Below, piece by piece: positions 25,565 through 37,621 of a stretch of DNA of 64,000 nucleotides. A model generated the notes under the pieces. The model saw nothing but the letters and a program-made list of their open reading frames with translations, did no database searches and had not been told where the DNA came from. Source of the DNA: Eledone cirrhosa. Taxonomy: Eukaryota. The position numbers were made by a program, and so were the translations under genes. Location of the stretch: assembly GCA_964016885.1 (NCBI GenBank), contig OZ024741.1, positions 341,124,001 to 341,188,000 on the forward strand, read 5' to 3'. The number at the start of each line of letters is the position of its first letter. Position 1 is the stretch's first letter.

Positions 25565-27678
25565 TGTAGCGGTTGTCTCCCTTGTTTTAATTGGGATCTA
25601 GACGGGAGGTGGAACCCTTTCTGCAACTTCCGGTCGGAGCCCTATAAAACTAACAACTTTGAGCTTCCTCTCTCTCTTTGCCTTTTCGGCACCAGGTCAA
25701 GAGTCTTCTCATTTGGCTCTGCCATTAATTTGGCCAACAGGCGCCTGGCTAAGGCCAGGCGCCCTCTGCCAGCCGCGTTTGCCTGGCAATCAAAACGGTA
25801 ACTACTAACTTTGTTTCATTCTAACATCTATCTTTGACATGTCAAGTATTCTATCTACCGTTAATTAAATATTATATACACAAACATTGTCTCGTTTTGT
25901 TACATTCATTCAACCAGTAATCCCGCTATATTGGTAACCCTGACGTGATACGAACACGCAGCCGTTCATCGCTATAAGTGGTCACCCCCCCCCCAAAAAA
26001 AGAAAAAAATAGCACATCTGGTTTTGTGAGTAACATTACGAATACGCAGCAAATTTAGCGACAAACTATGAAAATACTCAAGGACACGCACACACGCACA
26101 TGTGGAATTCGCACAGACATACTTTTTCTCTCACGCATCAATTAACTGTCGCATTTCACCAATATATATATATATGTTTCTCGTTTCTTACAACGAACAC
26201 TTTCAAAACAAAAAAAAAAACATTTCACGATATATGTATATGTTTCTCGTTTCTTACAACGAACTCTTTCAGAACACAAAAAAAAAAAAAGAAATTTGAT
26301 ATTCTTTAAAAAACATTTCAACAGGAACATTTATTTTCGATGAACCATTGCCTTTTGTTCTTCGTTTTCTTCATCGTTCAAGTTTTTTTTTTTTTTTTTT
26401 TTTTTTTTCCAAAAGTTCACACCTATAATTATGCTGATTGAAGCCTTTCTTTTTCATCATTGTCACTTTCAAAATTGCACTATCATTTTCTCGCGCGTTA
26501 GAAATATTTTTTTTTCAACCTTGTATTGGCACGTGTAGGCAGCATAAATTCTCGATTCACTGAGATGTCTTTACTCACAGACAGCCGCACGCCATTTATC
26601 ACCAGGGATTCTTCAGCCTTAAGCTATATTCTTCTATTTGCCGGTTTATAAATTTACAATGTAAATTTACCGTTGATAACCGCGCATTTATTAAGAATGC
26701 TTATTTCTCTGGTCGCTGGCCTCTTGACCCTTCCAGGTCAACGCATTCTCAACATCGACCATCAACTTCGGCTGCTATTTCTAGCACTTTGCGCAACTCA
26801 TTTTTTTCTGAAAAAAATTTTTTTACTGTGAATTTAAACACCGAATACGCTCACTCAGCGAGACAACAGCAGCAGCAACAGCAATATAACAGCAACAGCA
26901 ATACATCAACACAGCTTCACCAAAGCCAGAGAATTTATTTTTGCAGCACTCTTCCTGTGAGAAAATCCATTCGGAGGTTGGAAATTTCACGATATACCAC
27001 AGAACAGAGACCACCTGCATTCATTCTCTGGAACACTTTCTTTCCTGCTGTCATGTGATTGCACACCTGTGAACTATATTTTGAACTTTGAGCTCTTCTG
27101 TTACTTTTACTTTATTACATTGTATCTTTGGGTGATGGATAGATGGATGTCCAGTCGTTCTCTGGCCAAGAGCGGTTGGCTACCTTGATATCTATCATTG
27201 ATTTTTCCAAACATTCTTTTGTCGTAATTTTCATGCCTGTTACAAAATTCTCGCCAACTTGCTACATATTTTCATTTCGATTTTTATACACTAAAATTCT
27301 GGCGGGAGGTTATGTAGCGGTTGTCTCCCTTGTTTTAATTGGGATCTAGACGGGAGGTGGAACCCTTTCTGCAACTTCCGGTCGGAGCCCTATAAAACTA
27401 ACAACTTTGAGCTTCCTCTCTCTCTTTGCCTTTTCGGCACCAGGTCAAGAGTCTTCTCATTTGGCTCTGCCATTAATTTGGCCAACAGGCGCCTGGCTAA
27501 GGCCAGGCGCCCTCTGCCAGCCGCGTTTGCCTGGCAATCAAAACGGTAACTACTAACTTTGTTTCATTCTAACATCTATCTTTGACATGTCAAGTATTCT
27601 ATCTACCGTTAATTAAATATTATATACACAAACATTGTCTCGTTTTGTTACATTCATTCAACCAGTAATCCCGCTATA
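25565..27678 (+). mobile_element. Non-autonomous (non-coding) Gypsy-type LTR element with 366-bp LTRs
   Basis: LTRs 25565-25930 and 27313-27678 are identical by eye; termini TGTAGCGG...CCGCTATA; PBS at 25932; purine-rich tract GGCGGGAGG before the 3' LTR; no gag/pol ORF. Confidence 0.9.
25932..25963 (+). other. tRNA-Trp primer binding site (extended)
   Basis: TGGTAACCCTGACGTGATACGAACACGCAGCC is complementary to the 3' end and T arm of metazoan tRNA-Trp(CCA) as recalled. Confidence 0.8.
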
Positions 27679-27801
27679 TATATATACATATACATATATA
27701 TATATACATACATATATATATATATAAACATATATATATATACATATATATATATACACATATACATATATATACATATGTATATATATATATATATATA
27801 C

Positions 27802-28988
27802 ATATCATCATCATCATCATCATCGTTTAACGTCCATCTTCCACGCTTGCATGGGTTTGGAAGGGAGTTTTCCCACTTGAGGCAAGATTGGTTGTCCTGC
27901 TCGTATAGAACTGTCTGACGGGTTTTCTACGGCTGGATGCCCTTCCTAACACCAACCACGTTTACAGTGTGGACTGGGAGGTTTTTACCGTGTTACCTAC
28001 ACAACCACATTACAGCGTGGACTGTGTGTTTTTTTGTCGTGACACCTACACGACCTCATTTGTTTCGGAATGGATGTTGTGGTACCAACATAACTTCACA
28101 TTGAAGGGGGTGGTGTGGATGTGGTAGGGGTAGTGGGAATGGGGGTGTGTTTTGGTTAAGAGGTATCTACTGACTGTAGGTTTCGCTTTGTACATAGGCA
28201 AGGCGGGTTTTCTGTATTACTGCGTAGCGCCAAAGATCTCGGTCCAGTGACATTGTCTTGGAGAGGTGTAAGTGTGTAAGGTCGGAATTTATCAAGTCGT
28301 CCCAGGTTTTTCTGGGTCTGCCTACTCCGTAGCTTCCATCTATTTTGATTGCCCTGCACTTTTTTATACAACTGTCGTCTTTCATGCGCATCACATGACC
28401 ATACCAACGTAGTTCTCTCTCGAGTAAACAGCATCTGATCCCTCTTATTCCTAATTTCTCACTTAGTTCATTTATGCTTTGCTGTTCACGTATATTACTA
28501 TTACACATCCAACGGAGCATGCAAGCTTCGTTCCTCTCCAGTCTGCGCAGATCCTCTGCACACAATGCCCATGTCTCACTGCCATGTAACATTGCTGATC
28601 GTATACAGGCATCATACAGTCTGCCTTTCATTTTTAGAGAGAAACCTTTAGCGGCCAATAGTGGTATAAGCTCTCTGAACTTTTTCCATCCTGTTCTGAC
28701 TCTAGCTACTGTACTTTCAGAGCACCCGCCACCACTGCTGATTTTGTCACCCAGGTAACGGAAGGTGTCCACTATTTCTGTAGAACCATCTGGGCAATGG
28801 AAGGAGCTAGTATCCTGTAGGCACTTGCTACTACCCATTGCACCTGAGCACCGGCCACATATAAAATCTATGTTCTTAGTTAGCTTACCTGTGATCCCAC
28901 TACATTATTTATGCACCATACTTTGCATTTGGGACATAAAATGGAGTTTCTGCCTACTCCTTTCCTACACACTTAGCATGGTCATTTC
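27802..28988 (-). mobile_element. 5'-truncated RTE LINE, same family as 19388-21684
   Basis: ORF 28167-28838 highly similar to 20144-21286; (TGA)n tail. Confidence 0.95.
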
Positions 28989-29550
28989 CATTGAGAAATG
29001 GAGATGTCGGTCCTGAATTTTGTCAATCTAAGTTCCCATCGGAGCTTTGTTTCTTCTTCTGGTTCTCCTGCAATTTCTGTAATTAGGTATTTACGAGGGA
29101 GTATGGGTGCCGTTAGAGAGAGGCATTTCGAATGTTTTTCGACATATTTTTCGCATTTGTATGCTTTCCAGAAGTTTTGTTTTCTTATGTTAAGAAATTT
29201 TTTCCATGTCTTCCACATTTCTTTTCTTATTCGATGTGTTTTGTTTTCCAAATTTCTTTCGTTTAGTTCTGACATCCAAGGGGGTTGTGATAGGCTTTCT
29301 CTTGTATCTTTGATAACTGTTGGTATAATTTCAGCTAAATTCTTAGTTTCAGAGTTTATATGTTCAGTTATAAGTTTTCCGTCTGTAGATTGTTTTTCTA
29401 TTTCCTTTAAAATAGAGGATTGTGTGTCAATCATCGTGATAAGTGTTGATAATTTCGATGATATCTCCTTTAGAATTCTTTCTGATTCTGTTGATTTCAT
29501 TTGTTGCTTTCCAGACATGTTGGCATATACACAATAGGAATATATATAGA
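28985..29550 (-). mobile_element. Probable N-terminal part of a Penelope-like ORF, inverted
   Basis: 178-aa ATG-initiated ORF (WKKFLNIRKQNFWKAY...LPRKY) lying head-to-head with the PLE RT at 29580; assignment is an inference. Confidence 0.55.
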
Positions 29551-29579
29551 TATATAGATAGATAAATAAATAAATAAAT

Positions 29580-31490
29580 ATCTAAAAAACTTAAACGTAT
29601 ACAAAATGAAAAACAATAATAATTAAACAAGCAGATAAAGGGGGTGCAGTTGTTATAATGGATGCTGAATACTACAAGGATTTGGTTGAGGAACAACTGA
29701 AAGACACAACATTCTATCATGAAATACCATCATATACAGACCACAACATCATGAAGAAGATCAACAACCTAGTTTCAAAATACCACAACTCACTTACTGA
29801 TAAGGAAAGAGACTACATCACCAATTTTGAGCCAAAACCCAGCAACCTGTATGGCCTACCGAAAGTTCATAAGTCAAAAGAAATACAACTGGCAGTAAGA
29901 GAACAAAACAGTGAGTACATTAAATTACTACACCCAAAAGACTTAAAACTTAGACCTATTATAGCTGGTCCAACATGCCCCACCCACCGTCTAAGCAATT
30001 TTGTTGACATTATTTTGAAACCACTATGTATTCACATACCCAGTTTCATCCGGGATGATATCGACTTCCTGTCCCATCTTCCCAAAACCACGGAAACGAA
30101 TTCACTTCTACTTAGTTTTGATGTGGTAAGCCTTTACACCAACATTACACATGATTTAGGAATAAAGGCGGTTAAATACTGGGTGGAAAAACATAGAGAA
30201 GTGATTCCCATCAGATTCACAGCGCCATTTATATTAGACGCAGTTAAACTTATTCTGGAAAACAACACTTTCTTCTTCAATGGAAAGAATTACATCCAAA
30301 TTAGAGGCACAGCGATGGGAACGAAGTTTGCTCCCGTTTACGCGAACTCTGTAATGGGATACTTAGAACAACAACTCTACCAAGAAATAGAGGAAAAATA
30401 TAGTACTGACTTTAGAAAGTACATTGAAAAATCTTGGAAGAGATACCTTGACGACTGTTTCATCATCTGGACAGAATCTCTAGATACTCTGGATGAGTTC
30501 AATATCCTCCTGAATAACCTACACCCATCTCTCCAATTCACAAAAGAGATTAGTAGTACCAAATAACCATTCCTAGATATAATGATAATCAAAAACGACA
30601 CCACCATTACCACGGATATATATTATAAACACACAGACACCCATCAATATCTGAATTTTAAGTCGTGCCATCCACCTCATACAAAACGCAACATCCCATA
30701 CTGCCTAGCCAGAAGAATTTGTACCATTGTAGAAGATACGAATACCAGGTACAAACGCCTAACAGAACTAAGAGAATTTTTGCTCAAACAAAAATACCCA
30801 TCTCTACTTATAGAAAATGGCATACAGCGGGCTATAAAAATACCTATACAACAACTTAGGACAACCCAAAGAAGAAGAAACCAAGAACTGGTCATACCAT
30901 TTATAATGACACACAACCCATGTCAGCAGAATATCTTCAACACTGCCAAAGCAAACCTACCGATCATTGCTCAAAGTAATGAATTAAAAGGCTTAATGAC
31001 AGATCGATCTTTGACTCTTAGTAAAAGACAGCCGAAAAATTTGAAGCAATTACTAACAAAAGCAAAGTTTGACCTTAACAACAAAGACCAATCATTCACT
31101 GTATCTAAATGAAATGATAGTCGATGCGGCACATGTCAATCCATACACGCCGGTCAATATATATAAACAAAAACTGGAAAAATATTCCCAAATGCAAATA
31201 TGAACTGCAAAAGCAGAAATCTAATTTACTGCATTAAATGCCCGAATTGTGAAGAACTATATGTCAGTCAAACTGGAAATGCACTATCAGAACGTGCACG
31301 GGTACACCGACAGCAAATCAGAGACCCAAATGTCCGTCAGATACCCCTAAGTAACCATCTAGCAATATGTGGTCAGGGAATATTTATAATATTCTCATTC
31401 TACAAATTACCCAGCCCAAGTGAAATCAAGAGAAAAATCAAAGAAAAGAATTTTATTGATAAATTCAAACCCAAGCTAAATGAACAGTAA
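29580..31490 (+). mobile_element. Penelope-like element (Neptune-type) RT plus GIY-YIG, with three in-frame stops
   Basis: IKQADK/GAVVIMD, LYGLPKVHK, LRPII, SFDVVSLYTNI, GTAMGT, RYLDD, SCHPPH, Zn knuckle, NLIYCIKCPNC..YVSQT. One frame throughout; stops at 30564, 31110, 31164. Confidence 0.92.
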
Positions 31491-32133
31491 TAATAATAAT
31501 AACTATGACTACGACCATGTCGACTACGACCACCACCAACAACAACAACAATAATAATAATAATCGTTTCTACATTTTGGCACAAGGCCAGCAAATACCC
31601 AGTACATTACTGGTACTTTATTTTATCGACCCCGTAAGGATGAAAGGTAAAGTTAACCTCGGCGGGATTTGAACACAGACAATAATAATAATAATAAAAG
31701 TGATGTTGATAGTGATGATTACTAGAAAATGCTATTTTCATCATTTCTAAAAATAGCAAAACAATTGATGCTTTGGATAGGATCAATTAGTGGTCGTTAA
31801 ACATACTCAACCAACCAGGACGCCTAAACCAATCAGCTTTAGTAATTCAGTGAAACTACACACCGATTGGTCGAAATACAGTTTGCAAGATTTAGCATTC
31901 TGGAGCCACTTTTCACTGTATATAAAGTACAAAATTTACCCATGTCATTACAGTTGAAAATTGCAAACTTGACTGTCACCACACATTATGAACCTGAAGA
32001 TTGCGAAAGCATGAAAGTAATTGTTCAATTAACACTTAATATTTAATATTCTATCATACTATTTCATTATAATACCATTATAAATTTTAAAGGATTGTAA
32101 ATAAAACGAATAAATCAGACAAAGTTGGAATTC

Positions 32134-32202
<69 letters not shown>

Positions 32203-32380
32203 TTACATATATATACATATATATATATATATACACATAATAATATATATATATGTATGTATATGTGTATATATATATCTATACATATATATCTATACAC
32301 ATATATATATATACATATATATACATATGTACACATATATATATATATATATACATATATATACATATATATATATATAC

Positions 32381-32431
<51 letters not shown>

Positions 32432-33270
32432 TATCATTTTCCGTATTCCCAATCTTTGCTCCCAAATACACGAAGTCCTCAACCAATTCCAGCGGCTTCC
32501 CGCCTACATTAGTGATCCCCTCTGGCTTCTCAACATTCTCTACCAGATATTTTGTTTTAGTCTCATTCATTCTCAGCCCCACACTCATCGACACAGTCTC
32601 AACCTCCCGCATCAAATCCTCTGCCTCCTTCACTGTATTTGTCACCAAAACTATGTCGTCGGCAAATTCAGCATCCGATACCTTTTTCGCCCTAACTCTC
32701 CTGCTCTGAGCCGGTGCTACAGTAAAGCCAGTGGTTGAGAGGAAGAGCAAGGCCTGGGCGGCATGCCACAGCTTGAGATCGGTGTGGAAGTCGGACCTTC
32801 GTAGAGACCTGAAAATCCGCCTCTTCATTGCTGTAGTGGAGTCTGTGCTGCTGTATGGGTCTGAGACTTGGACACTGACCAAGAAACTCACTCAGATGGT
32901 GGATGGGTGCTACACGAGAATGCTGAGGATGGCTCTGAACATTAATCAGTATACACTGAGGATGAAAAACTCAGAGCTGTATGGGAGCATCCCAAAAGTC
33001 AGCTCAAAAGTGACACAGAGGAGACTGAGGTTAGTTGGACATGCTCACCGACATCCAGAGTTGACATTGCACTCAGTGCTCCTTTGGGAGCCCCTACATG
33101 GACACACTAGAAGAGGAAGACCAAGGTTAACGTATGTTGATGCCCTAAGGACAGACACTGGTCTGTTGGAGACGCAGGACATGGCAGCGATAATGAGGGA
33201 CAGAGACTGCTGGAGAGAACTCGTCCATGGATCTCGGGAATTTTACCCGCCTTAAATAGATAGATAGATA
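32432..33270 (+). mobile_element. RTE-type LINE 3' end with 5' inversion
   Basis: Minus strand 32432-32732 encodes FADD...[16 protein letters not shown]; plus strand continues VERKSKAW...LLYGSETW...RGRPRLTY; (TAGA) tail. Confidence 0.88.
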
Positions 33271-33309
33271 CATATATATACATATATATATACATACATA
33301 TATATATCA

Positions 33310-33537
33310 TCAATTCAGAAACAGACCCCATGAAGTTCAAGAAGTCTTTCGATAAATTCCTTCAAGAAATCCCGGATAAACCTCCAACACCCTGATATGC
33401 CTCTGTAAACAATAACTCTCTGCTCGAGTGGGCCATGGTGCCCAAACACTGATTTGTAAGACTTTGCCAGGTGGTGCTATTAAGTTAGACATGGCCTGGG
33501 CCAATACTGGCCGAAACCTATCAAAGTTATCAAAGTA
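33310..33537 (+). mobile_element. CR1/Jockey-like LINE terminal fragment
   Basis: [16 protein letters not shown], a 3' stem-loop and a TATCAAAG repeat tail. Confidence 0.6.
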
Positions 33538-33609
33538 TACATACATATATATACATATATACATATATATATATATACATACATATATATATACATACGT
33601 AATATACAT

Positions 33610-33684
<75 letters not shown>

Positions 33685-33722
33685 TATATACATATATATG
33701 TACATATATATGTACATATATA

Positions 33723-33772
<50 letters not shown>

Positions 33773-33790
33773 TATATATGTACATATATA

Positions 33791-33862
<72 letters not shown>

Positions 33863-33866
33863 CATT

Positions 33867-34600
33867 TAGGAAAAAGTATGACCCCGAAGGCAGAGCTCAA
33901 GCCATTTCGATGGCTATTTCTGGACTAAATTAGAATTTTAGCCTGGTAAACAAATAGCCGAACTTGTCAAGGGGTACTTCCTTATATGGGAAAATTGTAG
34001 TTGTTGAGAGGATTGGTCAAAATTTGTTGTAAACACAAATAAGTCTATCATGGCATTTGGTGGGAGGTAGGGGTGGCATAACTTGCCTGTAGAACAATGA
34101 GGGAGTGAGTGGAGCCGGTCAAGTGTGGAAGTGAAATCTATACAGCAGATTCTAAGGATAGTGTATGAAAAGTCGAAAAATTGTTCTGGAGAAAATGGAG
34201 GAGGGAGGTTATAGAATAGGTAAGTCAAATGAGAGTAGGAGACAATAAAAAATAATAGAAAGAAATATAAAAAAATATATATAAAATTAGATAGTGTGAA
34301 ATGAATTTAAAAAACCCCCAAAACAGTAGAGTCTAGGAACAGCTGCTCTAATTAGTAGTCGTTGCTTGTACGGCCAATCCTCTCAATCCTCTCAACAACT
34401 ACAATCTTCCCATATAAGGAAGTACCCCTTGACAAGTTCGGCTATTTATTTACCAGGCTAAAATTCTAATTTCGTCTAGAAATAGCCGTCGAAACGGCTT
34501 GAGCTCTGCCGTCGGGGTCATACTTTTTCCTATTACCCATTCTACTACCCTAAGTATTGAGTACTCTAGTGCGTTATGGTCCATCTGGTTCCTTACCACA
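33867..34600 (+). mobile_element. Penelope-like 3' end with an inverted pseudo-LTR copy
   Basis: 33867-34017 is an inverted copy of 34387-34532; the spacer begins with a CCKHK remnant. Confidence 0.6.
34417..34528 (+). ncRNA. Type I hammerhead ribozyme, U3-A8 core, extended stem II
   Basis: ACCCC-TTGACAA(34429-34435)-GTTCGGCTATTT...AAATAGCCGTC-GAAA-CGGC(ttgagctct)GCCG-TC-GGGGT; cleavage after 34513. Confidence 0.72.
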
Positions 34601-34780
34601 ATTCCTTCGTTATATATATATATATATAAATATATACTAAAAATTAGAATTGGAGCTCTGAAATAGCAATATATATATGGATGTATATATAATGTATTTT
34701 GCAATACACTTTATGCTTAATTAAAAGCATTTTGAAGACCGTATGCTATTGTTTTAGAATAGCGACAAATTCACTTACTT

Positions 34781-34876
34781 TAATCTCAGCAAACAGGGGA
34801 GATAAGCCGATAAGGCCTTGTTTCGCTTTTGTTGAAGCTTATCAAGGCTAACTACCCCTCCTGTCTACTGAGATTA
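34781..34876 (-). ncRNA. Hammerhead ribozyme, U3-A8 core; GUC changed to AUC
   Basis: As 35098-35193, but a G16.2A change breaks one stem III pair. Confidence 0.7.
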
Positions 34877-35097
34877 CTGATGTTATATTCTTATAGAATT
34901 CTAGTAAATAATCAGGAACTGATTATACAAAGCGATTGTTGGTCAGGCAGAAATTAAAAATTAGAATTGGAGCTCTGAAATAGCAATATATATATGGATG
35001 TATATATAATGTATTTTGCAATACACTTTATGCTTAATTAAAAGCATTTTGAAGACCGTATGCTATTGTTTTAGAGTAGTGACAAATTCACTTACTT

Positions 35098-35193
35098 TAA
35101 TCTCAGCAAACAGGGGAGATAAGCCGACAAGGCCTTGTTTCGCTTTTGTTGAAGCTTATCAAGGCTAACTACCCCTCCTGTCTACTGAGATTA
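35098..35193 (-). ncRNA. Type I hammerhead ribozyme, U3-A8 core, intact
   Basis: TAATCTCAGTAGACAGG..AGCC-TTGATAA-GCTT(caacaa)AAGC-GAAA-CAAGGCCTTG-TC-GGCT..CCTGTTTGCTGAGATTA. Confidence 0.82.
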
Positions 35194-35362
35194 CTGATTT
35201 TATATTCTTATAGAATTCTAGTAAATAATCAGGAACTGATTATACAGAGCGATTGTTGGTCAGGCAGAAATTAAAAATTAGAATTGGAGCTCTGAAATAG
35301 CAATATATATATGGATGTATATATAATCTATTTTGCAATACACTTTATGCTTAATTAAAAGC

Positions 35363-36215
35363 TGGCAAATTCCAAGCCCTACAATACAAACCTGCAAACA
35401 CAAATACAGTACAACACAGTTACGCCGGATCAGGAGGGACCTATATTCCCTTGTCAAAATCGATATGAAACCTGGGTATAGACATGAGTGACGATGCATC
35501 TTTTTCCTCACATATCATGAAAGTGGCGACAATGTGCAGACCACTTGCCGGCTGGATCTTGAGGACTTTCCGGACAGGAGACCGAGACACCCTGTTGACA
35601 CTATGGAGGACATTTGTCCTAAGCCACCTGGACTATTGCTCCCAGTTGTGGTCACCCCATAGTGTTAAACTAACCACGGAGCATGAGGCAATCCAGTGAA
35701 GCTACACCAAGAGGATTGCGACGATGAAGGAGATAAGCTACTGGAGGCTAAAAGAACTGAACCTCTACTCCTTGGAATGAAGACGGGAGAGATACGCAGT
35801 GATCCACATGCGGAAAATCCTGGAGCGACTAGCACCAAACTTTAGCATTGGGAGCTGGACCAGCCCTCGAACAGGACGTCACTGTGTGGTGCCAAACGTC
35901 CCGCTTTCCACATCTAGAATAAGGAGCAGATATTGCAATAGCCTGGGTTTCAAGGACCCTCAACTCTTCAACAAGCTGCCGAGGGATCTGAGAGATCTGC
36001 ATGGTGTGGATTTGGATGTTTTCAAGAAACATCTCGACACCTTGCTATCCAGGTTCCCGGATGAGTCCACGAGGGAAACCTAAGGGCAGCAGCAACGAAC
36101 TCCCTCTTGCACTAGTGGCCAACCAATACAGGCTGGAGATGAAATGTGTAACAACAAGGGCAGAGCCCCATCATGGCCTCAGCCAGATGGGTGGAACAGG
36201 TAAAAGAATAAAAAG
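35363..36215 (+). mobile_element. CR1/Jockey-like LINE 3' fragment
   Basis: GWILRTF...LDYCSQLWSP; LYSLE.RRERY; PQLFNKLP...FKKHLD. Confidence 0.85.
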
Positions 36216-36234
36216 GAATATATATATATATATG

Positions 36235-36610
36235 TGAGTTCAATTCTTGGACTGGGTGATGTGTTGTTTCCTTAAGCAAAACACTTTATTTCACATTGCT
36301 CCAGTTTACTCAGCTGTAGAAATGAGATGATAGGACTGGGGTCTCTATCATTCCACTGCAAAGTGGTCTTGGAGATGTCACAGCAAAAAAGCACCCAGCC
36401 CACACTGTTAAGTGGATATGTAGGCGCTACGGAAAAAAAGCACCCAGCACTCACTATAAATGAGGTTGGTGTTAGGAAGGGCATCCAGCTGTAGAAATCA
36501 AGCCAGAATCAGTTCCCGTATGAGCAAGCCAACGTCATCCAACCAGGCACTGCCCACAACAGGACAACTCGTCTTGGGAGAACGGACGTAAAACGGTGAT
36601 GATGATGATA
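36235..36610 (+). mobile_element. CORE-type SINE with RTE-derived tail (a second copy lies at 36820-37090 on -)
   Basis: CCTTAAGCAAAACACTTTATTTCAC..CTCAGCTGTAGAAATGAG core plus GTTAGGAAGGGCATCC tail. Confidence 0.75.
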
Positions 36611-37104
36611 TATACATATACATATATATATGTATACATATGCAAAAGAAACCAAAGAACGCTTACATACTCAAACAGTCTTTATTTACTTACAATGTTT
36701 CATCCTCACCTTTTGGCAGGTATCATCAGACCCTATTAAATACAGTGTTGAGTATAAGCTCCACATATACATATATATACATATATACATATACACATAT
36801 ATATACATATAAATATATATATCATCACCGTTTTACGTCCGTTCTTCGACACTAGCATGGGTTAGACGGGTTGTCCTGTTGTGGGCAGTAGCCAGTCGGC
36901 TGACCATGTCTTGCTCATACGGGAACTGACTCTGGCTTGATTTCTACAGCTGGATACCATTCCTAACAACAACCTCGTTTACAGTGTGTGATGGGCGCTT
37001 TTTTTTCCATGGCGCCTATACATCCACTTTACAGTGTGGGCTGGGTGCTTTTTTGTCGTGGCACCTCCATGACCACTTTACAGTGGGAGGGTTTGGGGGC
37101 ATAT

Positions 37105-37202
<98 letters not shown>

Positions 37203-37502
37203 CACAGTTCAAGAGTAACCAATCTTAAAGAGATAGATGGAGATAGGAGATGAGAGATTGGTGAATTAGTTAGAAGCCAAAGCGTAAAGGCATGTGCTCA
37301 ATGTGCAATATGCAGTGGAAAGCAGCTAGGTGGCTGGGTTCATGCAGAGGTTAGGTGCACAGAGCTGGAAATATTTATTAGTTAAGCAAAACAAGACCAC
37401 AAATTTCACAAGGAAGACATTATTAAAAGATTGTCAACATATTTTAGTTTGATGTAAGTAATGTAGAGAATAATAATAATAATATTAATAATAATAATGT
37501 CC

Positions 37503-37621
37503 GTTTACAATTGTTTCGCTACTCCATATAATATTTCTGGATCAAATGATTATATATCATTATTGATCTGGTTCAGTTGAAAATAATTAACATAGGTAAA
37601 GATAGAGCAGCTCATCGGAAC
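37503..37621 (-). ncRNA. PLE hammerhead ribozyme (U4C core, large stem II insert)
   Basis: Reverse complement of 39202-39320. Confidence 0.62.

Larger units (their letters stand above)
34639..35362 (-). mobile_element. Retrozyme-like tandem array, ~2.3 x 317-bp non-coding units
   Basis: Period 317 (34644, 34961, 35278); homologous to 17391-17774; one HHR per full unit. Confidence 0.8.

Noticed and set aside
28998-29537. 179-aa plus-strand ORF
   Set aside because: Antisense shadow of the minus-strand ORF 28982-29518.
31110-31112. In-frame TGA at the first Cys of the PLE zinc knuckle (possible selenocysteine)
   Set aside because: The same frame has two TAA stops (30564, 31164) and no SECIS was recognised; simple decay is more parsimonious.
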